The notes beneath the pieces are model-generated. The model saw only the letters and a program-made list of their open reading frames with translations. It ran no database searches and was not told where the DNA came from. 64,000 nt of DNA from Tubiluchus corallicola. Its lineage: Eukaryota; Animalia; Priapulida. The translations under genes were made by a program, and so were the position numbers. How positions within the stretch are numbered: position 1 is the first letter of the stretch; every line of letters begins with the position of its first letter. Positions 12,801 through 25,530 of this stretch are shown one piece after another. Where the stretch lies: contig JAQGDQ010000588.1 of the NCBI GenBank assembly GCA_030141605.1, forward strand, positions 62,001 through 126,000. Direction: 5' to 3'.

Positions 12801-15800
12801 AGATGACTTTTGGGGCTGTGCAGTTGAAACATTTGTCATGATTTTAATATCTTTGTGTTGAAGTTTTTAATAAAAGTTGTTTCTTTCACAAAACTTTACT
12901 GATCTTGTTTTTAAGAAGAAAACAAAATATGTAAATTATTATAAAACATACAGATTGTTCAAAATATCACATTAGATTGTCATATGCGTATCTCACTTAA
13001 ATTTGAGCTTGCATTTCCCTTCATGTTGAAAGTCGTGTGCATTTAAAAAATCTTTCCCAAAAATCAGTCGACATGCTTTTAGTTTTTCGTTTTTTTGATA
13101 CACAGTGCATATCAACTTTCACTAACTTGCTCTTGTATAGGCATTTCTTTCTTGCAGGGTGCAGGCATCAATGATGACGATGATGAGCATTTTGATGGTA
13201 TGTACATAGACAATCACCATTTTTCTTGTTTTGTACTGGGTGGGCAATTTTTGTAAATGATTTGTAAATACTCGGCAAGCAACAACAACAACTGCTCGTG
13301 CTATTTTATTTATATATTTATGCAAAGTTCCTTCTCCGAGTTATAGAAATTAAACCAAGCAGAGATAAGCGATACTGAAAGCACATAATATAGTTATGGT
13401 TTATAAGCCACAGGTCCACTGACTAATAGTGGCAGATGAGGATTCGTGAAGATAGCTCTTATAGTAGTTGTGGTGTGTATAGTACCACCATCTTAATCTG
13501 ACTTAATTTAAGTGTTGAATGTGAACAGTGTGTTAAAAACGTAATATACATATAGTTAGAGATAATGCCTCTTTATTAGACATAAAGACACAGAAAACTT
13601 GTATTTTATAACTAGCAGCCATTTCAGTATACAGCACTTCATACTTTTAATTTTAATGATTTTAATCATTAAGGTTACTTTTTCTTTTGTTGCATGTCTA
13701 AATTCAGTATCGTTTTTATTGCTCAAAATAATTTATCGTATCGTATCGTCTAAAAAATAGATTATCATTTTTGTATCACCAAATTTGTATTGTTTGACAT
13801 CCATAGCTTGAGTACTTAATAATGAGTCAACCTCCACAGTGGAGTACTTTTTTTAATGTCGTATGCCAAAGTATATAAAAATCATGCAATTTTTCTGTCA
13901 TTTTAAAATTTGTATTTTTTTAGATGGTGATTATGTTGATCCTGAAGACAAGGCCGATAGCATGTTGCAGTTGCCACCACCAAAATCACAACATTTGCCA
14001 AAAGTGACTGTCCCTCCACCCGTTCGCAGAGATAAGAAACCTGGTTTGTACATTGTGTTTTGGAGATATAAAGACCTGCTGGGCAATTCTCGTTCACTGA
14101 TCAGTAATTTTGATTGATTCCATGCTCCTTAAGATGGATCTATGAACCTGTGTGATGTTTGAAAAACTTCAGGGGAGTTTTTGACATGCTGTCCTCGTTT
14201 GTGACACCTCTGACCTCTGACATAATTTTTGAGTTTCGATAGCTTTCCAACACAAGATGTCGCTGGCTGTTTTATTGTTTATTTCTTTAGTCGGACTGAG
14301 ATTCCCCAGTAACTAGTCTATTGACAGTTTTTGATAATTATTCATTATTGTCTGTAATGAGTCTTATTTTATTGTTTCAGTTAACAAGTTACACATACCA
14401 TCACCTCCAGATACATCCAAGGTAATTTGATGCTACCAGGTAACAGGCTGTATGAAGGTTAATTTTATCGTTCAAAATTTTACTAAAATATTCGTGTGGC
14501 TTTGACTATCACAATTATTGCTGTGTGCTGTATACTTATGAACTTTTTTATCTTCCAACTCACTTTGTCAATGAATGATGAGATCTATTACTAGTCGTCT
14601 ATTGTGTAGGCAGATTTGTTTTTGCACATTTAAATTGCAAAGTCACTTCTTGCTTCAAATTCTGAGGTGCATATTGCATTGCACATATATACCACATTAC
14701 ACCATAGTAGAGATCACATACACTATTACATTGTATTATCTAAAGAGGTTATTAAAAATAAGCCTATTATACATCAAATTTGAGCACTTTTTGACATTTG
14801 AAAAAGCCAATGCAATGTAACTTAGATCTCATTTTAAACCTCCTAAATGCCTTGAATGCAGGAAAAAGCACCCCAGCCCACATAGCTGGAAATTTGGGGA
14901 AAGCGAGTTAGGGGGAGCTTCTATTTAAACCCTTTTCCCCTCTCTACATAAAACTTTTCACGCTGTCACTGAAAAGCAACATAAAATGATTTAAGATCAA
15001 CATATGTTGAAGGATCATCACTACTGATTTAATAATTTTCAGTTATTCTATACCCGTAAACTTGGCTTAGTAAAAAAGGTACTTTATTTTTCCCTAATTT
15101 TTAAATTTCGTGTCACATTTTTGAATGTGTTTAACATTCAGTTATCGTAATTATTTTCTTGAGAATAAATGAATATTGAGAATTTAATCATATGCCAGCT
15201 GGCTATGGCTACTACAGTTTGTTATGCATGCAGGAACCGGGGAAATGGAGTGCCAAGAGTAATGTATTGACATAAAATTCTTGCATAAATTGCTTCACAA
15301 ATTTCGCCTAACATATGCTAAATATGCAGACAAAGCATTCGAACTGACTTTTACACTGCTTTTAATGAGCAGCAGAATTTTACATTAAAATTTGTTTCCA
15401 ACACATTTCAATATTAAAAAAGAGCTCTAGATATTTTATAGATTTAATAAGCAAACAAGTGAATACAAAGTATAACAATATTTTAAACACTACTGTACAT
15501 AGCTTATTTTAACTAAAACAGATCTGAATTTACTATGAGATTATCAAAACTTTTGACTTGACCATTATCAAACGGACAAAGCACATAATTTAGAACTTCA
15601 TTCCAGCTAATTATTATAACAATTTTCACAGGTCAGGTTACTGTACAATGTAAGTTAATTGATGGCATCTAGACTAGAGGAAGTATTTCTCAGATGTAAA
15701 AGTAACAGTCAGTTTAGGCATTGCTCTCTATAAACAGTGAGAATACTGTCCCACTTCTCTGCATATACTAGTATTTTGTTGCTCAGGCCAAACGTGCAAT

Positions 15801-18800
15801 GATGAGATAATGTCACAGCATACACATCATAGGAAGAAATGTACCAATGATGGAGTAATGCTTGCCAGAGGTGAAAGTGGAGGTGGTGAAAGTCTTAAGA
15901 GTTAGGAAGCATATCGCTTGAAAATTTTTGATTAAATTGCTTTAATAAGACACAGCAAATGTTCTGAACTTATGTTGTTTTACAGTTTAGTATTTCTTTA
16001 AAGAGTTTTTGAAATCACCATTTTTGCAAAGATCATGCATATTGCTTTATTTTGTTCTATGGTAAGAACTATAATAATTTGTTAAAAAAACTGTATTCCG
16101 AGATCACAGCTAAATTTTGCTGATTGCGGGATACGTTTCAAATGTATTTGTGGTAAAGAACAATTAAGCGGTGAATTACTTGGGTCTATAATTTTGGGAT
16201 CGATTCTTAAATTGAATTAAAAACCTCGTTCAGATTTGATGTGAACATTCCCTGCTCATTCCTACTGAAAGAAAAAGTTATTAACAAAAAAAGATGAATC
16301 CTAGAATGCTTACAAGTGTGCAATAACTAATTTTATATTGACCTATATTGGGCTACCCTTTTAAGTGTAGAACATCGCAATAGTGTAGTGCCTGTAATAA
16401 TATTATTTGTTTGTATTATCACTTCATGTCATCCATTTTGCATTGTTTTATGTACTGCTGTGCAATTTCTCATTTTACTGGACATTATAACAGTAGCAAT
16501 ATGAGTTGTTGTTTTGATATGCCCGATAACACCGTAAATAAGGATAAAGACAAAAAAATTGATTAATTATAAATAATACTTTATATCATAATTTTATGAA
16601 CAACTTAACAGGTACAGAAACACTCGACATCCCGCAGAGCAGTACACTATCAAAAAGAAGTTCGTATTAAAATAGTGTCGGATATTGTTACAGTTGTTAT
16701 GCTATGTGGATAAGCACACTTCTGATAATGTGATAGGCACACTTTGATAATGTGATAGGCACACTTCTGCTAATGTGACAGGCACACTTCTGGTAATGTG
16801 ATAGGCACACTTCTGCTAATGTGACAGGCACACTTCTGGTAATGTGATAGGCATACTTCTGACAATGTGATAGGCACATTTTGATAATGCAATAAGCACA
16901 CTTCTGATAAGTTGTAACAACTGCTGTGGAGATCTTGCCATAATGCAGAAGCACTTTTACTTATGCACATGGATCACATGGGTCATTTTAATTATACCCA
17001 TATTCACATGCATTGACATCCATTAAAATTATAGCAGCATGAGAGTTCTGTACCAAGTGGACATGCACCTGTGAAGAAAAAGTCCCCGGCTGTACCTGAA
17101 CATAGTGGCAAACCTCCAGCGCCACCACCAAAACCTGTGATGCGTCCACCAATGCTGAAAATGCAAGATGATGACACTTACAGTCAGCCTGATGAACCTG
17201 GTTTTTGCAGTGGACAGCCGGTATGTTGAAATTTTGGTTCTTTTCTCATACATAAATGTGCATTATGCCAATTTCAAGTTTACCGATTTTACTTTTATAT
17301 CGCTCAGCTTGACTTATTTGTGTTTAAAATACTTGTGGATTAAGTTCAGTTTTATTTTTGCTTGACATTTATCACCTAGATGTTTCACTAGTTTTGTCTC
17401 TTGCATTTTGCCCTATAAATTCACGTTGTTGTTAAACAAAAATTTACTATGGTTTCATAAAATCATTGTCGTTATTTAAAGTATAATTTTGTTATTTTTA
17501 GAGAAACAAACTGAACTTGAACTTTGTCGCATACATTACACACTAATACTTTTTGCCAAGTGCATAAATGAAATACGAAATTGTGAAGATGAATACAGTA
17601 CATCAACTTTTCGTACAGTGACACAGAAATTATTTTTACTGCACTAAACAGCATATACTTTTGTACAGTATTGCTCTGTATTGATGCTTATGTAATAATA
17701 GAAATAATAATGGTTGACATTAAATTGTAACTTATTAATGTGTGATACAGATGGCCTAATAGCTACGGTGCAAGACTATTGTGCTGTTTAAGTACGTAGC
17801 CCGAGTTTGAATCTTAGGACACACCTGTATTGCCTCAAACAGCTGTTAAGCTAAAGTGATACGTATTTGTGATATCTCAGTGTTGATGCATTAAAAGAAA
17901 AGTTGCCTAGGGTAATGTATGGCTAATGTTATGTGCTTGTTGTGTCGACTTTAAGTAAGGTGGTTTATCTTCTGTCGTTTTTGACTATTTTGACAGGTGA
18001 CTCATATGCCTGTTATATTTTTGTAGGAATATTCCGTGCCAACTCCCACTTCTGAGGAAACCTACACATTACCTGCACCACCACCAATTAAACTAAGTAA
18101 TTACTCATTTTTATTTTGAAAAATATCATTATTTTACTACACATTTGGTTTTAAAATTGAGTTTACTGTAGAAAATTAGGATATCTCACACATCCAGTTT
18201 CACGCACACAAGCAGAAATAATTGTCGATAGAAAAGTACGTCCTGCTTGTGTACATAAGGTGGACAACCAAAAAACGCATGTTGAGGTACTGCAGAGTGT
18301 CCAGATGACAAAACAACTTCAAAACAAATTACAGCATGCTTATTGGCACACAACAAACACACAGTTACTGATTATATATCTCCAATGTGGTAAAATGTTA
18401 TAGTAATGTAATTTTTTTTTTCAGATAAAGACAACCCACCACCTCTTCCTCTTGGGCCTCGACCTGTGGTTGGTGATAGAGGTGCACATTTAGCACTAAT
18501 ATTTTCTGCTTGCATGAAGACTTGTAAAATAACATGTTTATTTTTTATTAATGAAGAAATGTGCAGAAACAAAGTGGATATAGTAACTTGAACAACTGTA
18601 CAACACCTTTAAAATGTTGCAAATCTTGTCAGGTATATTTACCTGCTTGCATTTCGGACGGCTTGAATTGATCAGTAAAGAAAGGTGTGCTATGCATTGA
18701 AAAGGTTTACGGTTCACCATATTTTCCAAAAATTAGTTTGAATAGATGATGAGGAGGATGCAAGCTCGTAGTCTGTGCTCATGTTGTGTCAGAAGATTTT

Positions 18801-21800
18801 TGAAAGAGAGTACCTATATCCAACTATCATACTTATTGAAACTTACATTAAGTTCATTACTAGAACTCTGCCTTTTCAGAGCCTTAAGTAGTAAAGCGTA
18901 AATGTAGCTTTTACTATTATTTTCAGTAATGTAAAGACACTGGCTTATACAATAAGAAACATCTTTGCTTTTAATCTTGGCATTGATGATATAGGACTGT
19001 ATACCAGTTCCCGGGATAATTAATACTACCTAGCTACTTAGGAAAGTTTGTAGTAAAACAAACTTGTTATAGACCATATGTGAGCAATTTTTGGACATTT
19101 GTGAAGGCCAGTGTTCTTCAATACTATACGTGGATTTTAAGCATTTAAAATGTTCCTCAAATGCAGCCCACTTTACCCCATGTGTTTACAAAGTTTAAAC
19201 GGGAAAAAAATTAAATATTACACAGTTTTAAAACTTATTTTCTTTGTAAAATTATTTAGCATCCCAGAGTTTTGTAATTTTTTAATAAATAATTCACTGC
19301 ATTTTAGACAACAATTTTAACTTTTGTTACCTGTTTGTGAAAAAAGAGAAATAAAATCATCTGCACAGGTAAAATGTTCCCGACAACACTGTTACTATAT
19401 TAGCTGCATAACTAATGTTAATTACTTATTTAGCTATGATCTTTCTTTTACAGGCAGCGGAGGTAGCACTATATCAACATCAAGTAAGTTTGCAATTATT
19501 TTCTAATATTTTAATAGTACATGTCTCTTAATGTAGATTTAAATCAGGAAGCTCAATAAATGCTTAAGCTACCAGTGTGGTATCTCTTGTATAAACAGTT
19601 GTAAATTGTATAATATGTACATTGACCTTGTTGACTATTCGTTGTTTGTATGCTATATTTTGATTTGCACCTAACTCTGCTATGCTACTGTTTAACAGCC
19701 AAAAATGACCTTATATCATTGCCCAACCTAGATTGCTCAGTTTATCTAACAACTACTGTCAATTTACTCAAATAGTAGAAAGGATCAGAAATGCAAATTT
19801 TACGTTCAGTACAAATTATAGAATAGAATAGAATGCACAAACAAGTAGGACCTTGCTCGTATTAAGTTCAAAATTGTTACTGTTGTGTTAAGAAACAAGA
19901 TTGATAAAATTATATTTGAATTACACTACATTTGCTAAGTTTAATGAAATTATATTTGAATTACACTACATTTGCTAAGTTTGATGAAATTATATTTGAA
20001 TTACTCTAGATTTGCTAGACATTTTATCATTTACTTTCAGGTATTTCCAGTAGCGAGGGTGGCCCACCGGTGACTCTAAGAAAGCGCCAGGTAATTTAGT
20101 AAACAGGCTCTAAACGTACTCACATTAGTGGGCTGGTGTATGGACACAATAATTTTATTCCTCATAAAAAGTAGAGATAGCTCAACATTTCTCTATTTGG
20201 TTTATATTTAGAATGTACACCATAATAGTATGACTTTTATAATAAGTAAGGTACAAGTCACTATAAATAAAACTGAATTATGAGAGTAAAACACAAACTT
20301 GTCCCTTTTGGTTTTGTGCAATAAATTTTAATTTAGTTTTTAATTAGCTTTATATAAATATAAAAATATGCATTGAATTTCATTTAGTTCAAAAATATCT
20401 ACCATATGCCAAAATTTTTCATGTGTTCACATATATATGTGCCTAATTTATATGGCATGATGGAGCTCATTTTTGACAATGAGGGACAAGAGTGCCCGGA
20501 ACAATTGAGCTGTTGCGGTTCTGATACACCAAGTATCATTAGTTTATTTGAAATTTTGTTCGTTCTGGAGTCTTTGTGTCTTTTGACGTGGCTTTATTCA
20601 GTTTAAATAATTGTTTGTTTTAATTTTCCGTATTAAAGTGAGACCAGTTGCACAGCAAATTTATTGGTCAATGCTATAAGATATCTATTAATGGCATACA
20701 TAAATTGCTTTTTTAGAACCGCCCGCTTGTGTCATATCCTTGGTACCATGGTAATCTGGATCGCTACCAAGCTGAAACAAAAGTCAAAATTGTAGGAGAG
20801 GTAATTGAAATTAGTTTAATATAAATTAACAAATTAAATTTAACATTAATTAATTATTATGCTAACCTGGACTGCTACAAAGCTGAAACAAAAGTCAAAA
20901 TTGTAGGAGAGGTAATTGAGATTAGCTTATTATGAATTAGAAAATTAAATTTAACATTAATTAATTATTATTATTTTGTCTAATTCTGTTCAGCAATGGC
21001 AGTACGGTAGGTACACAGCTTTTTTTTAGTCTAATGTTTGATTATCATTAATAAATTTGTTTCTGACAATAAAATTCAAGGTCCAATATAATGTACAATA
21101 TTTGGACACAAGTATGCATTTTGTAAGAGAAAATTTTGCAACTAATGTTATTTAATGTACACTTTTGTACAGCATAATTCCAAAATTTGACATTGACACA
21201 TGTCTGTTAGTGGAACTGTGTCCTTGAGAGTTAATTGGCATGGTTTAGTATTTACTTGTGTGCTCTCAGACTGTTCCTTAACAATATAATACACTGATGC
21301 TATATACATAATTCTAATAATGCTAAGGTCCATTAAAATTTCAGTCAATTTTGCATTGCATTGCCTTTATCAATATGAAGTAATGTTTCCGTTTCAAATA
21401 TAAGAACACTGTGGCACACTGTTATTATTTCAATAGCATAAGTTGGTTCACTCTAGGCACTAAAAAGTCTCTTGAACTCCTCATTTAAGTTTTTTATGTT
21501 ATTGGTTTACCTATAACAAATAGTATCTTATCATGTATCAAGGTAGGCCTTACACATCCAAGGTTGCTTATTACATCACTTTTTTGCTGCTGTAGTACAT
21601 TGACAAACTATATTAAATTGATCATCAATTCAATAAGCCTTTTCACAGTTTTGCTATGTGCATGCCGCAGTTGCTGTAGGTGAAAGGTTAACTGAACCCA
21701 GAGTATCTTACTTAACTACAACAGACACGTGACCTTATGCACATAACTACATGTAAGTGAAACGGGTGAAACACGCAATTATATACATACTACACATGTA

Positions 21801-22734
21801 TAGGTTTGAACTAATATGTTATTGTTATCTGAAAACAGCTCGCAAAGTAGAAGCAGCAACCTGCATAAAATGAAATAAATGAAGCCAAAATTAATACCAA
21901 GAACTGTTACTAATAGAACAGCATGAATTTCGAAGAGTTGTCAAGTGCAAACATATGCATTGTTTAGTTCAGATAACATCGTTAGGTTCACTTAACGTTT
22001 GACTTTTTCAGGATCACCCCCAATCGCTGGAACTGTGAAAAGGCTTATTATACAGTAATAATGTTTGTCTCGTATTTGTAGGATGGAGCTTTTCTTATTA
22101 GAGAAAGCAACAGCGGTGGTACTGAATGCCAACACAAGCTCACAATTTGCTGTCATAACTTTGTCAGACACTTGCTGATACGGCTAAGGAATGATGGCAA
22201 GTATGCCTTAGGAAGCTACAAAGATGACGAATTGGTACGTTTTGTTTTTACTTGACCATTTTCATTTTAAGTGCAATTTTGGCCACACTTTAGAAATTAG
22301 CTTGAGTAGTTTCAAAATGTCTAATGGCTTTTTCGATAGTGTACTACAGTAACTTATATATGGTGTAATGAGACCACGAGAACTTGCATGTCCAATGAGA
22401 CAAGGACCTTGTGACTAATGTGGAAAAACTGGACATTGGCTGGTGATGTGTTTAATTGACAATATTAAAACACAAAATAATAGCTGTCGTACTCCATCTT
22501 ACAGCAGATCCCAAGCCTGGCTGTAATAAGGATGACAATTCTTTCTGTCAGGACACACTAACTTTGTTACTTTGTTTTTGCATGATAAGTATAGTAATTT
22601 ATAATTTTATTTGCTAACACTTCCTCTCCTTTCAGACGTTTGACTCCATTCCAAGTCTTGTTGAGTACCATAAGGAGCATGTAATTACCTTCACTGCAGG
22701 TAGTCAAGCTCTACTAACTAGACATGTTACCTAA
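866..22734 (+). CDS. SLP-76/BLNK/CLNK-family adaptor protein (SAM domain, acidic tyrosine motifs, proline-rich region, C-terminal SH2); 5' exons lie before the window
   Basis: Phase-consistent GT-AG exons: 866-928 (SNCPAAVHAFRHRNIDGQKFL), 2649-2704 (ALDECNLLTWTDLPIRYR), 3479-3529, 4008-4084 (PPVPPKSDY), 5110-5174 (DGWGSDF), 13158-13197, 13924-14043 (DYVDP...PPPVRRDKKP), 14381-14421, 17035-17220 (DTYSQP), 18027-18096 (EYSVP, ETYTLP), 18425-~18481 (donor uncertain), 19454-19483, 20041-20090, 20717-20800 (YPWYHGNLDRYQAE), 22082-22234 (DGAFLIRES...YALG), 22636-22734 (FDSIPSLVEYH...stop). SAM-like start plus C-terminal SH2 with FLIRES and YALG matches the SLP-76 family architecture. Confidence 0.88.
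4951..5003. repeat. (GAT/GAC)n microsatellite
   Basis: Direct reading. Confidence 0.85.
6091..7364 (+). mobile_element. Non-autonomous Helentron/HINE (DINE-1-like) element
   Basis: 12-bp sub-terminal inverted repeats TAGGTCCCCTGA (6091-6102) and TCAGGGGACCTA (7327-7338); partial 5' hairpin; short GT/GTC-rich tract; internal direct repeats (~6184 vs ~6813, ~6683 vs ~6926); 3' stem ACCGT...ACGGT (7340-7358); T-runs at both ends. Confidence 0.7.
9983..9990 (+). promoter_or_regulatory. Candidate TATA box for the internal promoter
   Basis: TATAAATA about 80 bp upstream of the ATG at 10068; chance matches are common in AT-rich DNA. Confidence 0.4.
10068..10424 (+). CDS. Probable alternative first coding exon of the SLP-76/BLNK-like gene (119 codons; DTYAEI, VDYEQL, PKPVPKPR)
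   Basis: ATG at 10068 with in-frame upstream TAA (10056); TATAAATA at 9983-9990; donor AAG|GTAGTA at 10425 is phase 0, matching the phase-0 acceptor exon at 13158; composition resembles an adaptor protein. Confidence 0.72.
10730..12760 (-). mobile_element. Decayed L2/CR1-clade LINE (reverse transcriptase remnant)
   Basis: Minus-strand fragments: YNPELHTLKKAKWRAELKW, TCLLDPLPTTLLK, KPMLKK...FRPVSNLSFL, HSTETAF, SAFDTVDHRVLL, GPVIFTLY; broken by stops and frameshifts. Confidence 0.8.
11494..11642. repeat. 51-bp tandem repeat, ~3 copies, inside the LINE remnant
   Basis: GGTAGAGGATCAAGAAGACAAGTGTTCGAGACATAACTTGTAGACTTCATA at 11494, 11545, 11596. Confidence 0.9.
15960..16255. mobile_element. Dispersed repeat (MITE-like), copy 1
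   Basis: Shares CAAAGATCATGCATATTGCT...TTTTGTTCT...AATAATTTGTT...AAATTTTGCTGATTGC with ~25195-25530. Confidence 0.55.
16612..16659 (+). CDS. Candidate 48-nt exon of the SLP-76-like gene (VQKHSTSRRAVHYQKE)
   Basis: ttaacag acceptor, GAA|GTTCGT donor, open frame, phase 0/0 fitting between exons ending 14421 and starting 17035. Confidence 0.4.
16710..16910. repeat. ~23-bp minisatellite, ~9 copies
   Basis: Unit TAATGTGATAGGCACACTTCTGN; explains the repetitive ORFs at 16697-16970. Confidence 0.9.
17750..17830 (+). mobile_element. Possible tRNA-derived SINE head
   Basis: A-box-like TGGCCTAATAG and B-box-like GTTTGAATC; no tRNA cloverleaf. Confidence 0.3.
19901..20018. repeat. 40-bp tandem repeat, ~3 copies
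   Basis: AAATTATATTTGAATTACACTACATTTGCTAAGTT recurring at 40-bp period. Confidence 0.9.
20717..22734 (+). CDS. SH2-domain exons of the SLP-76/BLNK-like gene (20717-20800, 22082-22234, 22636-22734)
   Basis: WYHG, GAFLIRES (FLVRES signature), RHLLI, YALG, FDSIPSLVEYH; all junctions phase 0 with canonical splice sites; TAA at 22732-22734. Confidence 0.93.
20748..20969 (+). repeat. 111-bp tandem duplication covering the 3' half of an SH2 exon and its splice donor
   Basis: ATGGTAATCTGGATCGCTACCAAGCTGAAACAAAAGTCAAAATTGTAGGAGAG|GTAATT at 20748 is recopied at 20859, giving a second donor at 20912. Confidence 0.9.
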
Positions 22735-24144
22735 GACATATGATGGCTGACCAGAAAAGTTCATTTTGACAAAGCAGAAGTTTTGACTAGTGCTGTATGC
22801 AGTGTTCACTCTAAATTCCTCATCAAATTTACCTGCTTAGAAGGATGATTTAGTAGTATTAGAGTAAAACAAGATCTAATTGTAAACTATGGTGCAAAAT
22901 GACTTAACACATGTCTGCTTGCAAACCAAAACTGTCCGTAAGTCTATATAGTTAAAACTAGGATATTATGCTTCAAAGCAGAGTGCACCAAAAATTTGGT
23001 CAAATCTGCATTTTTGGTTTTTTATAAAAACAAATGCTAAATATATTGGACTTTTATATTCTAGCACCAAATTATCAAGAAAATGTTCCAAAAATATTAG
23101 AAATCTAATTTTATAACCCTGTACCCACTTTTCTGGCTGAAAACTAGCACTACAATTGTAGAAAACTGATATTTTCAAATTCTGGTAGTAGCTCATGGAA
23201 GCAATCATTTTACTTCGGGTTTTTTCTATTGCCAAGCCCAGATCTTTATCAGGAAGAGCCACCTACTGGATTTAAACATAACATCAATGTGCTCTTGCAA
23301 AGTCCGTAGCAGCCAACATTTGTGCGGTTGCTAAGTGTTTTATAGAAATGCGACAAAAAACATTGGCTAACTTTAACAGCGATTTTCTCAAGGTTATGTT
23401 TTTCAGTGTACACACTTCAACTTCAACGTGGATTATCTCAGCTTAGAAATAACAGAGTGGTGATCTTTGTATCAAAATGATCCTCATGAAATGGAGATTC
23501 AGAATATGTGAATAACTAGAAAAGCCTACTTGCCGACTTTCGGATGATTTTGTTATGCAAGCGCATATGAAATGCTGTTGCATTTGGTAGTTCGCTGTTG
23601 CGTGCATTTCGACATTCCTTAGTTAGATCCGCAACAATATCTGTATTTTGAAAAAACACAGCACCAAAAATAGGTCATGTACAAACTTTTCAAGTTTTTA
23701 TGTATCACAGTCACACGGTAGTGTGCCATATTTAAATTTTCACTTGCAGATAGGTGCAACTTGTTTGTGGAATGTTTTTGCCATTAGAAAATTATGTTCA
23801 ATTATGATCTCGTCACTGGCTGTGCTCGCCGGCCACCAATTAATTTTGCAAGTTAATATTTAATTCTCAGAAACATTTTTACATTATTAGGCCTATAGGG
23901 GACAAAATATGTATTTTTTACCATACTTCAAGATGAATAAGATCTGCAGAATCATTCAGTTTTTCTTTAACTTTCAAATGGAACGTCCCATGTCTTGGGA
24001 TTTGTTAAATGTAATTTTTCCTGTTCTTTTAACTTGACATTGTTGTAAGAAATGCTTTGATTAGACTCATCTAAGTCACAAACTTATTTTATTGTGTATT
24101 TAGTTTTAGTTTGTTAATCAGTCACTGTAAATAGTAATAATAAC

Positions 24145-24150
24145 AATAAA
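24145..24150 (+). terminator. Candidate polyadenylation signal of the SLP-76-like gene
   Basis: AATAAA about 1.4 kb after the stop, followed by T/GT-rich sequence. Confidence 0.3.
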
Positions 24151-25194
24151 TAATCTGTAGTATATTTGTGTCAAATTATTTTTATTAAACAGTCAATTGA
24201 TTGTTTTTTGCCAAATTACTGATATTTAAATATACTATTTTTGCACAGTATTTAAATGATTGTGATGGGAATTTTGATTTCATAATACACATAAATTATT
24301 ATGTTTTCATTCTTTTACAGCTTTTTTGTCTTCAATTTTAATTTTGATTAATTTTGAGAGCGAAATTTCAGTGGGTAGTTAATAAATTATTTATAATTTT
24401 AATGTCACAGTAATAAATTGATTAATTACCGGCTTAATTAATAATAATGGTTAACAAATAAATGGAATTGCAATCTCAAAATCAAATAGAAATCTTCTAC
24501 AGTTAGTTATAATCACTCTAGTGTGAGCGTCTAACATTGGAAATGTTGAAATGGTTGACCAGGTATAAGTCGAGGTTTCTGGTTCAAATCCGGGTTGTGT
24601 TCCAAATTTTCACATTTCCTGTCTTTCGAGTTTGGTATTGAAATTTAGTTAATCGTGGGTTTGTTCCGTCAGGGTAAATTAGTAACTCGAGAGAATGGAT
24701 AATTTTTTAATGGTACCTCAGGACTCTATAAGTGAAGAAACACTTTTTGTTTTGATGTCTAAGAGATGAAAATGTGAGCACAAAAATGATGAAATATTAC
24801 GTAAAGGCAGATTTTAATTAAAATTATAAACTGAAATAGTGAAAAAGAGCGAAAACAACAGTGCGTATCCGTAATGCTGTGCGCCGGAGAGCTGTAACGG
24901 CACAAAGAAATTGCCCACTGTAGCCAAATTTTTAAGAGCAGTGAATCAATTTAAAAATGCCTCTGAATCTCCTGGCAACGTTTGTTTAGAATGGGGTAAC
25001 GGGGGTCCTTCTCTTTTACCCATTCGCAATCTAAGTAAGTAAGTTTATTTTAAGTCATATTAATTTTAAAACGTTACTTTCTTAAGAGAAAGTCTATCTA
25101 GCGTATAGCCTTTTCTTAGTGAAAAGTTTTTGCCTGGCTTCACTTCATTCATATTATATAATGAGTCGAAGGATGAGCAAACTGAGCATTTTCG

Positions 25195-25530
25195 ATCAGG
25201 GAGCGAACTCGAATCGAATCCAGTTTTTGAGTTTCGAACTCGAATCAAACCGAATTTCAAGATAATGAATTCAGTTTTAAAGATTTTCGAAACAGTTTCG
25301 CAAAGATCATGCATATTGCTTGATTTTGTTCTGCAGTAAAAGCAATAATTTGTTTCAAAATTGTGCACAGAAACTGCAGTTAAATTTTGCTGATTGCATG
25401 CTAACCCTTTCAAACGTTTTAGTGATAAAGAACGTATGCAGTTGAAGTGGTGAATTATTCGAATCCATATTTGTAGGTTTGAATCGAATGCGAAGTAAAA
25501 AAAAGAATCGTGTCGAACTCGAACGCTCGA
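25195..25530. mobile_element. Dispersed repeat (MITE-like), copy 2, with TCGAA-rich ends
   Basis: Homologous to ~15960-16255; CGAACTCGAATCGAAT motifs near both ends. Confidence 0.55.

Noticed and set aside
16697-16970. Cys/His-rich repetitive ORFs resembling zinc fingers
   Set aside because: Translation of a ~23-bp minisatellite whose unit is not a multiple of 3
24510-24605. tRNA gene candidates (B-box GGTTCAAATCC; similar motifs at ~17800 and ~38610)
   Set aside because: No cloverleaf with an acceptor stem; more likely SINE heads
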